Positions 45,355 to 55,514 of a stretch of 64,000 nt of DNA are shown here, piece after piece (the first letter of the stretch is position 1; each line of letters opens with the position of its first letter). The translations under genes and the position numbers were made by a program. This DNA is from Thermoanaerobaculales bacterium (lineage in GTDB: Bacteria; Acidobacteriota; Thermoanaerobaculia; Thermoanaerobaculales; Sulfomarinibacteraceae), in NCBI GenBank assembly GCA_036351195.1, contig JAZBOQ010000241.1, positions 4,331 to 68,330 on the forward strand, read 5' to 3'. The notes below the pieces were generated by a model. That model was not told the DNA's origin and did not search any database. It saw only the letters and a list, made by a program, of their open reading frames with translations.

Positions 45355-47652
45355 CTACCCTCCGGACAGCGCCCGCTGGAGTTGCACCTTCAAATCATGC
45401 CCCACCGGGCTTTCGGGATGGCTGGCGATCATCTGATCGACGACCACCAGGGCGGCACGATAGTTCCCCAACCGTGCGTGGTGATCCGCGAGGGCATAGA
45501 GATAGTCCAGGTTGGCGGGCTCGACCTCCACCGCGCGAGCGAGGGCCGCTCCGGCCTCACCGATCCGACCGAGCGATTGCAGAGCGAGGCCGAGGTTGTA
45601 GTGGGCGCGCGCCCTGCCGGGCCGAATCTCCGCCGCCCGCCGAAGGAATACCACCGCCTCGTCGATCCGGTTCATCTCGGCGAGCAGAAGCCCGAGGGAG
45701 TAGGCGGCCTGGCCCTCCTCGGGATAGGCGTCGAGAACCTCCCGCAAGAGCTGCTCGGCCTCGGTGTTCCTGCCCATGGAGTTGTAGAGCACCGCGAGAT
45801 TCATCTTGGCCGGGAAGAAGAGTTCGTCCACCTCAAGCGCCGCCTCGTAGGACTCGACAGCCCGCTCCATGTCGCCGAGCTGCGACCAGAGATTACCCAG
45901 GTTGTGGCCGGCGAAGGCGAAGTCCAGGGAGTAGGTCATGTCGGCAACGTGCTCTTCGATGACGGCCGCGAGTCGTTCGCGCTGGTACGGCTTCAACATC
46001 TCGTCGGGGGTTCCCGCGAGCCGGCTGGCCGCCATGGTGCGAACCGCCCGGACCGGGTCGAAGAGCAGCGGCACGAGCTTTTCCACCGTGTCCTCGGGGC
46101 TGGTGGTGTTCACGACCTCCACCGCGGTCCGGCGAACCATGGGCTCGTCGTCGGCGAGAACGAGATCGAAGAGCGCAGCGGTGTCGCCGCCCGGCGGGTA
46201 GCCGCCGAGCAGGTTCAGGGCTGTCGCCCGGACGATGGCGGGATACAGCTGGTCGCCGGCAAGCCGGATCAGGCCGGTCCGGGCTTCGGGGTCGAGCAGC
46301 CGGCCGGCGGCGAGGGTCGTCCCGTAATGCGGCTTCCGCGACCGGCCGTACCACGTCTGATACTCGGCCACCTGCCAGTCCAGGCTCTTGTCGGCGTGGC
46401 ACCCCTCGACGCCGCAGGCGTTTGGCGTCCCGATCTCCCGACTGAGGTCGGGGCGCGGCACCCGCAGACTGTGGTCGGCCCGCCAGTCGATGACCATGTA
46501 GGGCTGCTGCGGCATGTGGCACGAGATGCACAGCGCCGCAGCGGAGGGCTTCCCGTCCACCTCCTGCTTGTGGAAGTGGTGGTCGGCACTGTCGTAGGTG
46601 TCGAGACGGTGGCACTGGCCGCAGAGCTCATTGCCCTCGAAGCGCAGCTTCAGGCTGTGGACGTCGTGACAATCGGAGCAGCGCACGTCGTTGGCGTACA
46701 TCTTGGACTGGACGAAGGACCCGTAGACGTACACCTCGTCGAGAATCTGGCCGTCGGCGTGATACAACCCCTCGTCGAGAAGGCTCGGCACCAGGTTGTC
46801 CAACAGCTCGAGCCGCCCGTGCCGGAAGTCCCCCAGTTCGCCGCGCCGGGAGTGGCAGGGGGCGCAGAGCTCGACCTGCTCCCGCGACGTCAGCTCGCTG
46901 GTGCGAATGATGAGACCATCGTCGCCGGAGGCCGGACGCGCCATGGGCGGCAACTCCGCCCACTCGACGTGCTCGGAGCCCGGACCGTGACAGGCTTCGC
47001 AGCTGACGTCGATCTCCGACCAGGTGGTCTCGAAGCTCCGGGTCTCGTGGTCATAGCCCTTGACCAGGTTGGTGGAGTGGCACTCGGCGCACATCCCGTT
47101 CCAGTTCTGGGCCGGCCGGGTCCAGTGGAGCCAGTCTTCGGGGGGGATGTCGAGATCGGGATAGAGGTGGAACCACTCGCCGAGATCGCTGTTCCAGGCG
47201 ATGTTCAAACACTGGTAGCGACCCCCGGGGAAGGGAATCAGGTACTGCTGCAGCGGTTCGACTCCGAAGGTGTAGGCGATCTCGAACTCGGCCATCTCGC
47301 CGCCGGGGCCCTCGGTGTGGACGAAGAACCCCTCGTCCCGGCGGAAGAAACGACTGGTGATCCCGTGGGCCTCGAACTCGACGCCGCTGAAATCTCCGAG
47401 CACCGTCTGCTCGGAGGCGATGTCCATGGCGAGATCGTGATCAGAGCCGCGCCACGCATCCGTTGCCGCCTCGTGGCAGCCGACGCAGCGCTCGCGACCC
47501 ACGTAGCGCGGCCCGTCTGTCTCACCCGCTTCCACCGGTTCTCTGGAGTCGGTGCCGACGACCAGCGACAGCGGCACCGCCACGACGATGACCGCAGTGG
47601 CCACCACGCCAATCAGGCGCCACCGGTCGAGGCCTTCCGCCGTGCCGATCAC
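45355..47652 (-). CDS. Membrane-anchored multihaem c-type cytochrome fused to a C-terminal TPR array
   Basis: Seven CXXCH motifs (CVGCH, CAECH, CEACH, CAPCH, CSDCH, CGQCH, CISCH) plus one 'CGVEGCH' (CX4CH). N-terminal TM helix 'WRLIGVVATAVIVVAVPLSLVV'. The C-terminal ~330 aa are TPR-like ('AYSLGLLLAEMNRIDEAVVFLRRAAEIRP', 'AHYNLGLALQSLGRIGEA'..). GTG 47652 overlaps the Rieske stop (GTGA). Confidence 0.8.
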   Translation of the reverse strand: MIGTAEGLDRWRLIGVVATAVIVVAVPLSLVVGTDSREPVEAGETDGPRYVGRERCVGCHEAATDAWRGSDHDLAMDIASEQTVLGDFSGVEFEAHGITSRFFRRDEGFFVHTEGPGGEMAEFEIAYTFGVEPLQQYLIPFPGGRYQCLNIAWNSDLGEWFHLYPDLDIPPEDWLHWTRPAQNWNGMCAECHSTNLVKGYDHETRSFETTWSEIDVSCEACHGPGSEHVEWAELPPMARPASGDDGLIIRTSELTSREQVELCAPCHSRRGELGDFRHGRLELLDNLVPSLLDEGLYHADGQILDEVYVYGSFVQSKMYANDVRCSDCHDVHSLKLRFEGNELCGQCHRLDTYDSADHHFHKQEVDGKPSAAALCISCHMPQQPYMVIDWRADHSLRVPRPDLSREIGTPNACGVEGCHADKSLDWQVAEYQTWYGRSRKPHYGTTLAAGRLLDPEARTGLIRLAGDQLYPAIVRATALNLLGGYPPGGDTAALFDLVLADDEPMVRRTAVEVVNTTSPEDTVEKLVPLLFDPVRAVRTMAASRLAGTPDEMLKPYQRERLAAVIEEHVADMTYSLDFAFAGHNLGNLWSQLGDMERAVESYEAALEVDELFFPAKMNLAVLYNSMGRNTEAEQLLREVLDAYPEEGQAAYSLGLLLAEMNRIDEAVVFLRRAAEIRPGRARAHYNLGLALQSLGRIGEAGAALARAVEVEPANLDYLYALADHHARLGNYRAALVVVDQMIASHPESPVGHDLKVQLQRALSGG

Positions 47653-48149
47653 GACCGGACCACCTGGGACGGCGCGAACGCCTGTCTCGTGATGGTGGTG
47701 GAGGTGTCGACCTTGACCACCCCGTTCTCGATCCGCACCGGGTGAAGGTCCAGGGCGCGCGTTGCCGGCGGGCTGAGAACCTCGCCGCGACAATCGAAGG
47801 ACGAGGCGTGGCAGGGGCAGACGAACCGTCCCTCGTCCTCGACCCACGGGACGGTGCAGCCCAGGTGGGTGCAGCTCCGCGACAGGGCCAGAAATCCGCC
47901 GTTGTCGAGGCGGGACAGGTAGAACCTCCCCGCCGGGAAGGCGGTCACGGTCCCGGGATCGAAGCGGTCCACCGGCCCCGCGACCACCACGGCGTCGTCA
48001 TCGGCAGCCGACCGGTTCGACCGGGGTTTCAGGATGGACCCGGTGATCCACAGTCCCTCGAGAACCGCCAAGCCCCCGAGCCACAACCACAGCCGCCCGA
48101 GGAAACCGCGGCGGGTGCTCGCACCTTTCGCCGGATTCGGCGTCGCCAT
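47649..48149 (-). CDS. Rieske [2Fe-2S] protein
   Basis: 'CTHLGC' and 'CPCHAS' boxes. Tat-like 'STRRGFLGRLW' N-terminus. ATGA overlap with the cytochrome b stop. Confidence 0.85.
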   Translation of the reverse strand: MATPNPAKGASTRRGFLGRLWLWLGGLAVLEGLWITGSILKPRSNRSAADDDAVVVAGPVDRFDPGTVTAFPAGRFYLSRLDNGGFLALSRSCTHLGCTVPWVEDEGRFVCPCHASSFDCRGEVLSPPATRALDLHPVRIENGVVKVDTSTTITRQAFAPSQVVRS

Positions 48150-49555
48150 CAGGTCGCCTCCCACGGCCAGACGAGGGCCATCCCCTCGCCGCGGAACCAG
48201 ATTCCAATGACCGTGAGCACCACCAAAACCACAAACAGCAGCAACACCACCGCCTGGAGCAGCTCCTCTCGCGGCGCCCCGGTCACCTTCCGGAGCGCGA
48301 TCACGACGACGCCGACGACAACGGCCACGACCACCGCCGGCATCAGGCCGGTGAGCCCGGTCGCAGAACCCGGCGAGCCCGACCCCAGTTCATCGGCGAT
48401 GACCAGCGCCGGGGTGGCGACCGCGGCGAACCCAATGGCGAGCAGGCCGCTCCGCCGGCCCGTGGCCGACATCATCCACACGCCGTCGATGCCCTCGCGG
48501 TAGCCCAGGTACGGCAGGAGGGCGGCAAAGAGCGCGGCCGCAAGGGGGATGACCACCACCGCCACCACCGGGTGGAAGTGGAGCAGCAGTTCCTGGAACC
48601 CCAGGAAGTACCACGGCGCCTTGGCCGGATTCGGGCTCATTCCCGGATTGGCCTCCGCACCGAGAGGAGCGCTGACGAGCATCGAAGTCACCACCACCAC
48701 AGCCGTCAGCAGACACGCGAGCGCCACCTCCCGGGTGAGCAGATGGGGCACGAAGAGCACGGTTTCGGGCTTCCCGTCGATGACCTCGCCCGCGTCCTTG
48801 GGAACGACCACGCCCCGTGCCTTGCGCACTCGCCAGAAGTGCCACGCCATCAGGACGATCAACACGGCCGGCACGACGGTCGTGTGAATCGTGAAGAAGC
48901 CGATGAGCGTCGCGTCGGTGATCTCGGGCCCGCCCCGGGCGAGCTGCTGCAGCCCCTCACCGATCCAGGGGACATAGGCGAGCATCGCGGTGGAGATGGT
49001 GATCGCCCAGTACGAGAGCTGATCCCACGGCAGCAGGTATCCGGTGAAATTACCGACGAGGATGCCGAACAGCAGGGCCAGTCCGATCACCCAGTTGAAG
49101 CGGCGCGGTCCGTGATAGCCACCCGTCAGGTAGACCCGGAGCAGATGCATCAGCACGACGACCACCAGGAAGTTGGCGCTGAAGTGGTGGATCCCGCGAA
49201 TCAGGCCGCCGAAGAGCACATCGTCCTGAAGACCGGCCACCGACGCGTAGGCGGCGTCCGGCGACGGCTCGTAGACGAACATCATGAGCATACCGGTGGC
49301 GAAGAGCAGCAGCACGAGGACAAGGGACATCCCGCCCAGGCCGAACGTGTGGGTGAAGGGGATCGTCCGCACTGGAACCTGGGCCGGTCTGAGATGGAGC
49401 AGCAGAGTGTTCACCACCACCCAGCGGCGCTCCCGATCAGTGGCCGGGATCACCGGTCCCGGGAAGACCGAGCGCCACACCCGGCGCATCAACCCGCGTT
49501 CTCGCTCTTCGTGATCCTGATCGGCCACCCTGCCTCCTTCAGATGCCGGGTTCAT
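48149..49555 (-). CDS. Cytochrome b (fused b6 plus subunit-IV-like, with extra C-terminal helices)
   Basis: 'FGLGGMSLVLVLLLFATGMLMMFVY', 'IRGIHHFSANFLVVVVLMHLLRVYLTGGY' (haem His ligands), 'LPWDQLSYWA'. 468 aa. Confidence 0.85.
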   Translation of the reverse strand: MNPASEGGRVADQDHEERERGLMRRVWRSVFPGPVIPATDRERRWVVVNTLLLHLRPAQVPVRTIPFTHTFGLGGMSLVLVLLLFATGMLMMFVYEPSPDAAYASVAGLQDDVLFGGLIRGIHHFSANFLVVVVLMHLLRVYLTGGYHGPRRFNWVIGLALLFGILVGNFTGYLLPWDQLSYWAITISTAMLAYVPWIGEGLQQLARGGPEITDATLIGFFTIHTTVVPAVLIVLMAWHFWRVRKARGVVVPKDAGEVIDGKPETVLFVPHLLTREVALACLLTAVVVVTSMLVSAPLGAEANPGMSPNPAKAPWYFLGFQELLLHFHPVVAVVVIPLAAALFAALLPYLGYREGIDGVWMMSATGRRSGLLAIGFAAVATPALVIADELGSGSPGSATGLTGLMPAVVVAVVVGVVVIALRKVTGAPREELLQAVVLLLFVVLVVLTVIGIWFRGEGMALVWPWEAT

Positions 49556-49648
49556 GATACTCGGACGCGGCTACCGCGATTGAATCATTGTCTCAACTTC
49601 AACGGTGAAGATTGTCTAGAATGATTCCTCGACTCGGGGAGAGAAGCC

Positions 49649-51094
49649 ATGAAGTACGTCTGCTCCGTGTGCGCATATGTCTACGACGAAGCTGTTGAGG
49701 GGGTGCCGTGGGATGAGCTTCCCGACGACTGGACCTGCCCCGTCTGCACCGTGGACAAAGGGTTCTTCGAGAGCGAGGATGGCGGCGGGGATGAGTCCGC
49801 GCCCGCACCGGGCACGGGCACGGGCAAGGGCACGGGCACGGAAGACATCGAAACATACCTCGCCCAATGGAAACGGGACAGCCACCCCCTCGAGGGTGAT
49901 CTGGCGACGATCCAGGAAATGGCCGTCACCGGCCGGTCGGTGATCGAACCCATGCGGACTGCCAAGCCCGTCACCTCGTGGGACGAGATCCTGGTCCTCG
50001 GCGCCCAGCTCGCCGCTCTTCCCCTCAATGAAGACGAGCCCGTCTCCACCCGGACGGTGATCGGCCCAAACGCCGCCGTTCCACTGGTGCTTGACACCCC
50101 GGTCATCGTCAGCCACATGTCCTACGGAGCCCTGTCGAAAGAGATCAAGATCGCGCTCGCCACGGGAAGCGCCGCCGCCGGCACCGCCATGTGCTCCGGC
50201 GAAGGAGGCATTCTTCCCGAGAGTCTCGAGGCCTCACATCGCTACATCTTCGAGTACGTTCCCAATCGCTACTCGGTGACCAGCGAGAACCTGCGTGCGG
50301 TGGACGCCATCGAGATCAAGATCGGGCAGTCGGCGAAGCCCGGTCTCGGCGGCCACCTCCCCGGCGACAAGGTCACCGAGGAGATCGCCGCGGTCCGGGG
50401 CTTCCCGCCCGGCGAGGACATCGTCTCGCCGGCCCACTTCCCGGACATCACCTCGGCCGACGAGCTCCGCTCCAAGGTGGACTGGCTGCGCGAGATCTCC
50501 GGCGGCAAGCCGGTGGGCGTCAAGCTCGCCGCCGGCCACATCGAGGCCGATCTCGCGGTGGCCCTGGCAGCGGGCCCGGATTTCGTGACCGTCGACGGCC
50601 GCGCGGGCGCCACCGGCGCGGCGCCGAAGGTGGTCAAGGACAGCACCGCGATTCCCACCATCTACGCCCTGGCCCGCGCCCGGCGCGCGCTGGATGCGGC
50701 CGGCGCCGAGGGGGTCTCGCTGATCATCACCGGCGGTTTCCGGAACTCGGCCGACGTGGCCAAGGCTCTGGCCATGGGCGCCGACGCCGTCGCCGTCGCC
50801 TCGGCAGCCCTCATGGCGGCCGGCTGCCAGCAGTACCGGATCTGCCACACCGGCAAGTGCCCGGTGGGCATCACCACCCAGGATCCGGAGCTACGGTCCC
50901 GGATCAAGATCGCGCTCTCGGCCGAACGCTTGAAGAACTACCTCTCGGCAACGACTCACGAGCTGCAGGACTTTGCCCGGCTCACCGGACACCGCGATGT
51001 GCACGAGCTTGCAGCCGACGACCTTCGAACGACGAGCCCCGAGATCGCTCGGTACACCCCCATTGCCCACGTGGGCGAGGGTGAAGCAACATAA
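49649..51094 (+). CDS. Rubredoxin fused to a glutamate-synthase-type FMN/Fe-S domain protein
   Basis: N-terminus '[12 protein letters not shown]...DWTCPVC' is a rubredoxin knuckle pair. The rest matches the GltS central domain: 'MSYGALS', '[19 protein letters not shown]', '[14 protein letters not shown]', '[24 protein letters not shown]'. Confidence 0.8.
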   Translation: MKYVCSVCAYVYDEAVEGVPWDELPDDWTCPVCTVDKGFFESEDGGGDESAPAPGTGTGKGTGTEDIETYLAQWKRDSHPLEGDLATIQEMAVTGRSVIEPMRTAKPVTSWDEILVLGAQLAALPLNEDEPVSTRTVIGPNAAVPLVLDTPVIVSHMSYGALSKEIKIALATGSAAAGTAMCSGEGGILPESLEASHRYIFEYVPNRYSVTSENLRAVDAIEIKIGQSAKPGLGGHLPGDKVTEEIAAVRGFPPGEDIVSPAHFPDITSADELRSKVDWLREISGGKPVGVKLAAGHIEADLAVALAAGPDFVTVDGRAGATGAAPKVVKDSTAIPTIYALARARRALDAAGAEGVSLIITGGFRNSADVAKALAMGADAVAVASAALMAAGCQQYRICHTGKCPVGITTQDPELRSRIKIALSAERLKNYLSATTHELQDFARLTGHRDVHELAADDLRTTSPEIARYTPIAHVGEGEAT

Positions 51095-51106
51095 AGGGAG
51101 AAATTG

Positions 51107-51625
51107 ATGTCGAAAACCCAAGAAAACCTGATGGCGGCCTTCGCCGGCGAGAGCCAGGCGCGCAACATGTACACCTTCTACGCCAAGGTGGCGCGGAAGG
51201 AGGGCTACCACTACATCGCCAAGATCTTCGAGGAGACGGCCATGAACGAGATGCGGCACGCCAAGGACGAGTTCGTCCTCGCCGGCAAGCTCGGCGACAC
51301 CGCCGCCAACCTCCAGGAAGCCATCGACGGCGAGCACTACGAGACCACGCAGATGTACCTCGAGTTCGCGGAAACGGCCATGGAGGAGGGCAACAAAGAC
51401 GCGGCGATCCTCTTCAAGATGATCGCTCGGGTCGAGGCCGAGCACCGGGATCGTTACAAAAAGCTGCTGGAGATGGTGAAGAACGGCACCGTCTACAACC
51501 GCGACGAGAAGATCCGCTGGAAGTGCTCGGTTTGCGGCTACATCCACGAGGGCACGGAGCCTCCCGGAAAATGCCCCTGCTGCAAGCACGCCAAAGAGTA
51601 CTTCGAGCCGGAAGGTGAGATCTGA
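51107..51625 (+). CDS. rbr: Rubrerythrin
   Basis: Di-iron four-helix motifs 'ESQARNMY', 'EETAMNEMRHA', 'GEHYE', 'VEAEH'. C-terminal rubredoxin-like 'CSVCGYIHEG....CPCC'. Confidence 0.9.
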   Translation: MSKTQENLMAAFAGESQARNMYTFYAKVARKEGYHYIAKIFEETAMNEMRHAKDEFVLAGKLGDTAANLQEAIDGEHYETTQMYLEFAETAMEEGNKDAAILFKMIARVEAEHRDRYKKLLEMVKNGTVYNRDEKIRWKCSVCGYIHEGTEPPGKCPCCKHAKEYFEPEGEI

Positions 51626-51663
51626 GCGAGCGTGACCGACGCCCTCGGCGCCTAACCCGAACT

Positions 51664-51823
51664 ATTCATGAGTGATCTACTGCGACCGACGATGTGCAGC
51701 GTCCAACAGTGTTTCCTCGCCTCGGGGTGCTCAACGTACTTTCAAGTACGCCTCCGCGCCCCTCGGATCGGAAACCCAGTTGGACACCACACCTCGTCGG
51801 TCTCGCGACGAACTCTCATGAAT
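51664..51823. repeat. ~160-nt imperfect palindrome
   Basis: Outer arms 'attcatgagtgatctactgcgaccgacgatgtg' and 'cacctcgtcggtctcgcgacgaactctcatgaat'. Inner arms 'gtccaacagtgtttcc..tcggggtgc' and 'gcgcccctcgg..ggaaacccagttggac'. Central mini-hairpin 'gtactttcaagtac'. Confidence 0.6.
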
Positions 51824-51898
51824 ACTCCGGGCTAAGTGTGAGGGGGCGACCGGCCTCGGCGAACCCGGATCGAACCCTCTGACCCCCAACATCACAAA

Positions 51899-51933
51899 CC
51901 CCGCCGACGCACGCGTCGGCGGGGTTTCGTTCT
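51899..51933. terminator. Bidirectional intrinsic terminator between convergent rbr and the C25 peptidase gene
   Basis: 'CCCCGCCGAC gcacgc GTCGGCGGGG', followed by TTTCGTTCT on the plus strand and by TTTGTGATGTT on the minus strand. Confidence 0.75.
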
Positions 51934-51949
51934 CGAGGTGACGATACGA

Positions 51950-54900
51950 CTACGGCACCATGCTGGACCACGCCCCACAGTCGCCGGTTTCGAAGCCGTC
52001 CGCGAAGACCGCCGTCAAGGCGCTGCACGGAATCGAACCCTCGATGACGACGTCGTCGATGTTCCAGCCGCAGTAGTTCCAGCTGCCGTCGGTGGAGCCG
52101 TAGGTCCACTGAACCTGCACCTGGCTCTGACCCGCCGCCGCCGGCAGATCGACGACCATCTCGGACCAGGCGGTGTCGTCGATGGTGTCGCCGCCGTTCT
52201 CCCAGACGGTGCTCCAGGTGGTTCCGCCGTCGGTAGAGAGCCGGATCCGGGCGTTATCGTAGGTGTCGCGCTCCACCCCGAGCCAACGCTGGAACCGCAC
52301 CTGCGCCGTGGTGGCCGTCGAAAGGTCGACCACCGGCGTGGTGAGCTTGAGCTCGTTCTCCGCGAGGTTCGGGGAGATGTCGCCTCCCAGGTTGACGCCG
52401 TAGACGTAGTCACCGGTGGCGCCGGAGGTCGGATCGGGTCCGCCGTAGCTGTCCTGCGCCTGACCGGTCGGCTGGCCGAAGCCCCAGCCGGTGGCCGGCG
52501 GCTCGTTGCCGTTGTCGATGGCCCATCCAGGATCGCTGTCGAAGGTTTCGGAGAAAACGACCCCCCACCCGGCGGTCTCCACCGGGTAGTAGTCGCCGCC
52601 GTTGTCATCAACGGCGGTGTAGCAGTTCGGGCTGGTGGACGCGACCTGGACGACGTACGCGGTGCAGGGATCGAGACCCTCGATCTCCACCACGTGATCG
52701 GTGGTGGTCCCGGGCACCTCCACCACCGTCGACGGCGTCCCGACTCCGAAGGTCGCCTGCGAGCTCGCCGGAAGGTTCGTGGTCCAGCTCACGATCGCCG
52801 ATTCGTGATCGACGAAGTCCACCGAAACGTCGCTGATGAAAAGGGGTTCACAGACGGGAACGCTGAAGATCGTGTCGCCCGCGTACCCGCCGGAGGCCGA
52901 CCACGTCAGGGTGAGGTTGGCGACGTGGCCGTTGGCGGCCCCGGCGCCCACCGCGATGGCGAAGTGGTCCCCGAGGCTCTGGACCTGGGCGCCCACCACC
53001 GCGTCGGGGAAGTCCGCCGCCGCGTCGGTCACCGTCACCAGGCCGGAGCCCGAGCCCAGGACGCCCGAGATGGCGGTGCCGTCGTCGGCGCCGATGTTCT
53101 CCACCGTAATCGGCAGGACGATGGCCTCGCCCGGGTTGGCGATGCCGTCGCCGTTGCCGGCGCTGTCGTCGATGAGGTGGCTGCGGTGGGCCATCCACGG
53201 GCCCTCGGGAACGATGACCTCGACGGTGCCCTGCCACGGAACCAGATTGAGGCCGGTGACCACCACGTCCAGGGTGGCCGGTTCCTCCGGGACCGGCGTC
53301 AGGTCGATCACGGCGATACCGCCCGAGACCGTCCCCCTGCCGACGAGGACGCCGTCATCGGTGACGGCCACCAGAGCAGCGTCCGCATCTGCGGTCACGG
53401 TCAGGGTTAACGAACCCACCGGAATCGCGGGATCGACGGTCACCGCCGGCGGCGCCGGCACGGCGGTGAAGACCCGCATCTCGGGGTCGCCGTGCCAGTG
53501 GAAGAGCTCGAACTCGAGCTGGGTGAAGCTCGCGCTGGGTCCTTCCCAGTTGTACATGTAGTACTTGCCGTAGAGGTAGGCCTCGGCGGGCCGGAAAGAG
53601 TGGGGGTAGATGTTGCCGCCGTCGGCGGGATCATAGTCGTCCCAGAAGCTGTCGTAGGAGCCGTGAACCAGAAGGTCGTTGTAGCCCGAGTACGAGAGAT
53701 CGGTGGCCGCCATCACACCCACGGCGCCGCCCGGGTACTTCTTCATGAACGCCTCGGCGAAGCAGTCGCCGCTGGTGTCGAAGGTGCCCGTGAGGCAGTT
53801 GATGGAGAAGACGACGGGGGTCATGGATCCGTTGGTCAAGCCATTGACGTGGGAGTTGTAAAACGGTGGATCGCCCCAACCCGTCACGTCGCCGTGGTCG
53901 CGGTGCTGCACCAGGCTGACACCGCCGTTGAGGGCGGCGGTCAGGTCCTGGGTGGACTGGGACGAGGCGGTGATCAGGTCGGCATCGTCAGACGGCACCG
54001 GCTGGCCGGCGTAGCCCGCGAAACGGTGTGGATAGCTGTCCCCCCGCCAGTAGTAGGTGGTGCAGCTGAGGTTGTCGCTGGTCGCGGCCGTGTGGATTCC
54101 CATCCCGGCCTGGTCGCGAATGAAGTGCATCGCGTGGGTCCCGGTCTCGAAGAACCAGCGCTCAGCCGTACAGCCGCCCTGAAGGTAGGCGGCCATCAGG
54201 TAGTCGCCGTGCCAGGCACCCGGCACAACGTCGCGGTCGAAGTCGAGAATCTTGGTGACCACATTCTGGCAGTCGGCCAGGGTCTGCACGGCGATCCGGC
54301 CCATCACCACATCGGGAAGGTAGTCCGACCCGTCGAGGCATGAGTAGTAGAGATCCGTCACCATCCCGCCGACATCCTGCGACGGCACCGCCGGGTGGTC
54401 GCCGCCGAGCAGCACGTACGTGAGGTCCGGATCGGCGTCATAGCGGGCCTGAAGGTACGACTTCAGGTCGGCCGACGACGTTCCGACGGTGCTCATGAGG
54501 ACGATCTCCACGGTCATGCCCTTCTTCCGCTTCCACTCGGCGAGGGGCTCGAAGGCGGAAGCCAGGGCGTCGTCGGCGATGATCAGGTACTCGACGCCGG
54601 TGGGAACCGCGTCGAGTACCTGCGCTGCGTCGAGATCGGTCGCGGTGGGAAACAGTGCGCTCCGCCGAGCCTCCTTGAGTACCTCCGCCCTCCGGTCCAC
54701 ATCGCCGACGAGCTCGATGGTCAGATGAAGCTCGCGCTGCGCGGCCACTTCGCGGCGGGCAGGGTTGAACGACAGCGGGCTGACCTCGACGACGAGGAAA
54801 CGTTGGCCGCGAACCACCACGTCGTCCGAGATGCGTGCAGGTTCGGCGGGGAACCAACGGTCGGCGGCGTACGCCTTGTCGTCCATGACGAACTCCGGCT

Positions 54901-55315
54901 CGTCGCTGCCGCAGTCCGGCGCAGGAGCCTGGCGGGGCATGACGGTGACACCGGTCATGACGACGGACGAGTCGCCATCGAGCACACTCATGCTCGCCAC
55001 CGGGCCGTTGGCCACCGGAATCAGCACCGTACGGAAGGGAAGCTCGGGCTCGCCGACGGCGCCCTGTCGGCCGAACTCGGGCACCTCGAGCACGGCAAAG
55101 GTCCCTCGCGCAAGCGAACGATCCTCGGTGTAGAACCCGGAGAGGCCCACATCCACGGCAACGCCGCCGGCAACCTCGCGCATCTCCACGACGGGGGGCG
55201 TCCCTGCCGGGGCCGGACCCAGGTCGACCCAGCTGTCGGCGGCCTCGGCGGGGGCAACCGTCAGGGTAAGACACAAAGCGATCGGAAACAGGCGCAGCAC
55301 GGAACGACGACGCAT
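51950..55315 (-). CDS. Secreted C25 (gingipain-family) cysteine peptidase with C-terminal beta-sandwich domains
   Basis: Signal peptide 'MRRRSVLRLFPIALCLTLTVAPAEA'. 'YVLLGGDHPAVPS', 'DLYYSCLDG', catalytic His region 'LVQHRDHGDVTGWG', catalytic Cys region 'VVFSINCLTGTFD'. A long C-terminal region has MAM/FN3-like character. Confidence 0.8.
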   Translation of the reverse strand: MRRRSVLRLFPIALCLTLTVAPAEAADSWVDLGPAPAGTPPVVEMREVAGGVAVDVGLSGFYTEDRSLARGTFAVLEVPEFGRQGAVGEPELPFRTVLIPVANGPVASMSVLDGDSSVVMTGVTVMPRQAPAPDCGSDEPEFVMDDKAYAADRWFPAEPARISDDVVVRGQRFLVVEVSPLSFNPARREVAAQRELHLTIELVGDVDRRAEVLKEARRSALFPTATDLDAAQVLDAVPTGVEYLIIADDALASAFEPLAEWKRKKGMTVEIVLMSTVGTSSADLKSYLQARYDADPDLTYVLLGGDHPAVPSQDVGGMVTDLYYSCLDGSDYLPDVVMGRIAVQTLADCQNVVTKILDFDRDVVPGAWHGDYLMAAYLQGGCTAERWFFETGTHAMHFIRDQAGMGIHTAATSDNLSCTTYYWRGDSYPHRFAGYAGQPVPSDDADLITASSQSTQDLTAALNGGVSLVQHRDHGDVTGWGDPPFYNSHVNGLTNGSMTPVVFSINCLTGTFDTSGDCFAEAFMKKYPGGAVGVMAATDLSYSGYNDLLVHGSYDSFWDDYDPADGGNIYPHSFRPAEAYLYGKYYMYNWEGPSASFTQLEFELFHWHGDPEMRVFTAVPAPPAVTVDPAIPVGSLTLTVTADADAALVAVTDDGVLVGRGTVSGGIAVIDLTPVPEEPATLDVVVTGLNLVPWQGTVEVIVPEGPWMAHRSHLIDDSAGNGDGIANPGEAIVLPITVENIGADDGTAISGVLGSGSGLVTVTDAAADFPDAVVGAQVQSLGDHFAIAVGAGAANGHVANLTLTWSASGGYAGDTIFSVPVCEPLFISDVSVDFVDHESAIVSWTTNLPASSQATFGVGTPSTVVEVPGTTTDHVVEIEGLDPCTAYVVQVASTSPNCYTAVDDNGGDYYPVETAGWGVVFSETFDSDPGWAIDNGNEPPATGWGFGQPTGQAQDSYGGPDPTSGATGDYVYGVNLGGDISPNLAENELKLTTPVVDLSTATTAQVRFQRWLGVERDTYDNARIRLSTDGGTTWSTVWENGGDTIDDTAWSEMVVDLPAAAGQSQVQVQWTYGSTDGSWNYCGWNIDDVVIEGSIPCSALTAVFADGFETGDCGAWSSMVP

Positions 55316-55514
55316 GGCAATTCCTCCCTGGCCTCACCGGACATTGCCCGGACATCAACAACCGGTCGCCGCCCTCCAACGATCGGCCGAGGTCCGCGGC
55401 CCCGGAATCAGGCCTGAAAAGTGTAACGCAGCCTCGGGAACATCGAGGAGACAACGATCACATCGAGCCCGGATGGGCCATAATCGTCGGGATCGGACAC
55501 GAGGAGACTGCAGA

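Noticed and set aside
51861-51885. tRNA-like T-arm string 'GGGTTCGATCCGGGTTCGCC' on the minus strand. It could have marked a tRNA or an att-site remnant.
   Set aside because: The bases flanking TTCGATC cannot form a 5-bp T-stem, and no acceptor or anticodon arms can be drawn. I saw no convincing tRNA, including tRNA-Sec, anywhere in the window.
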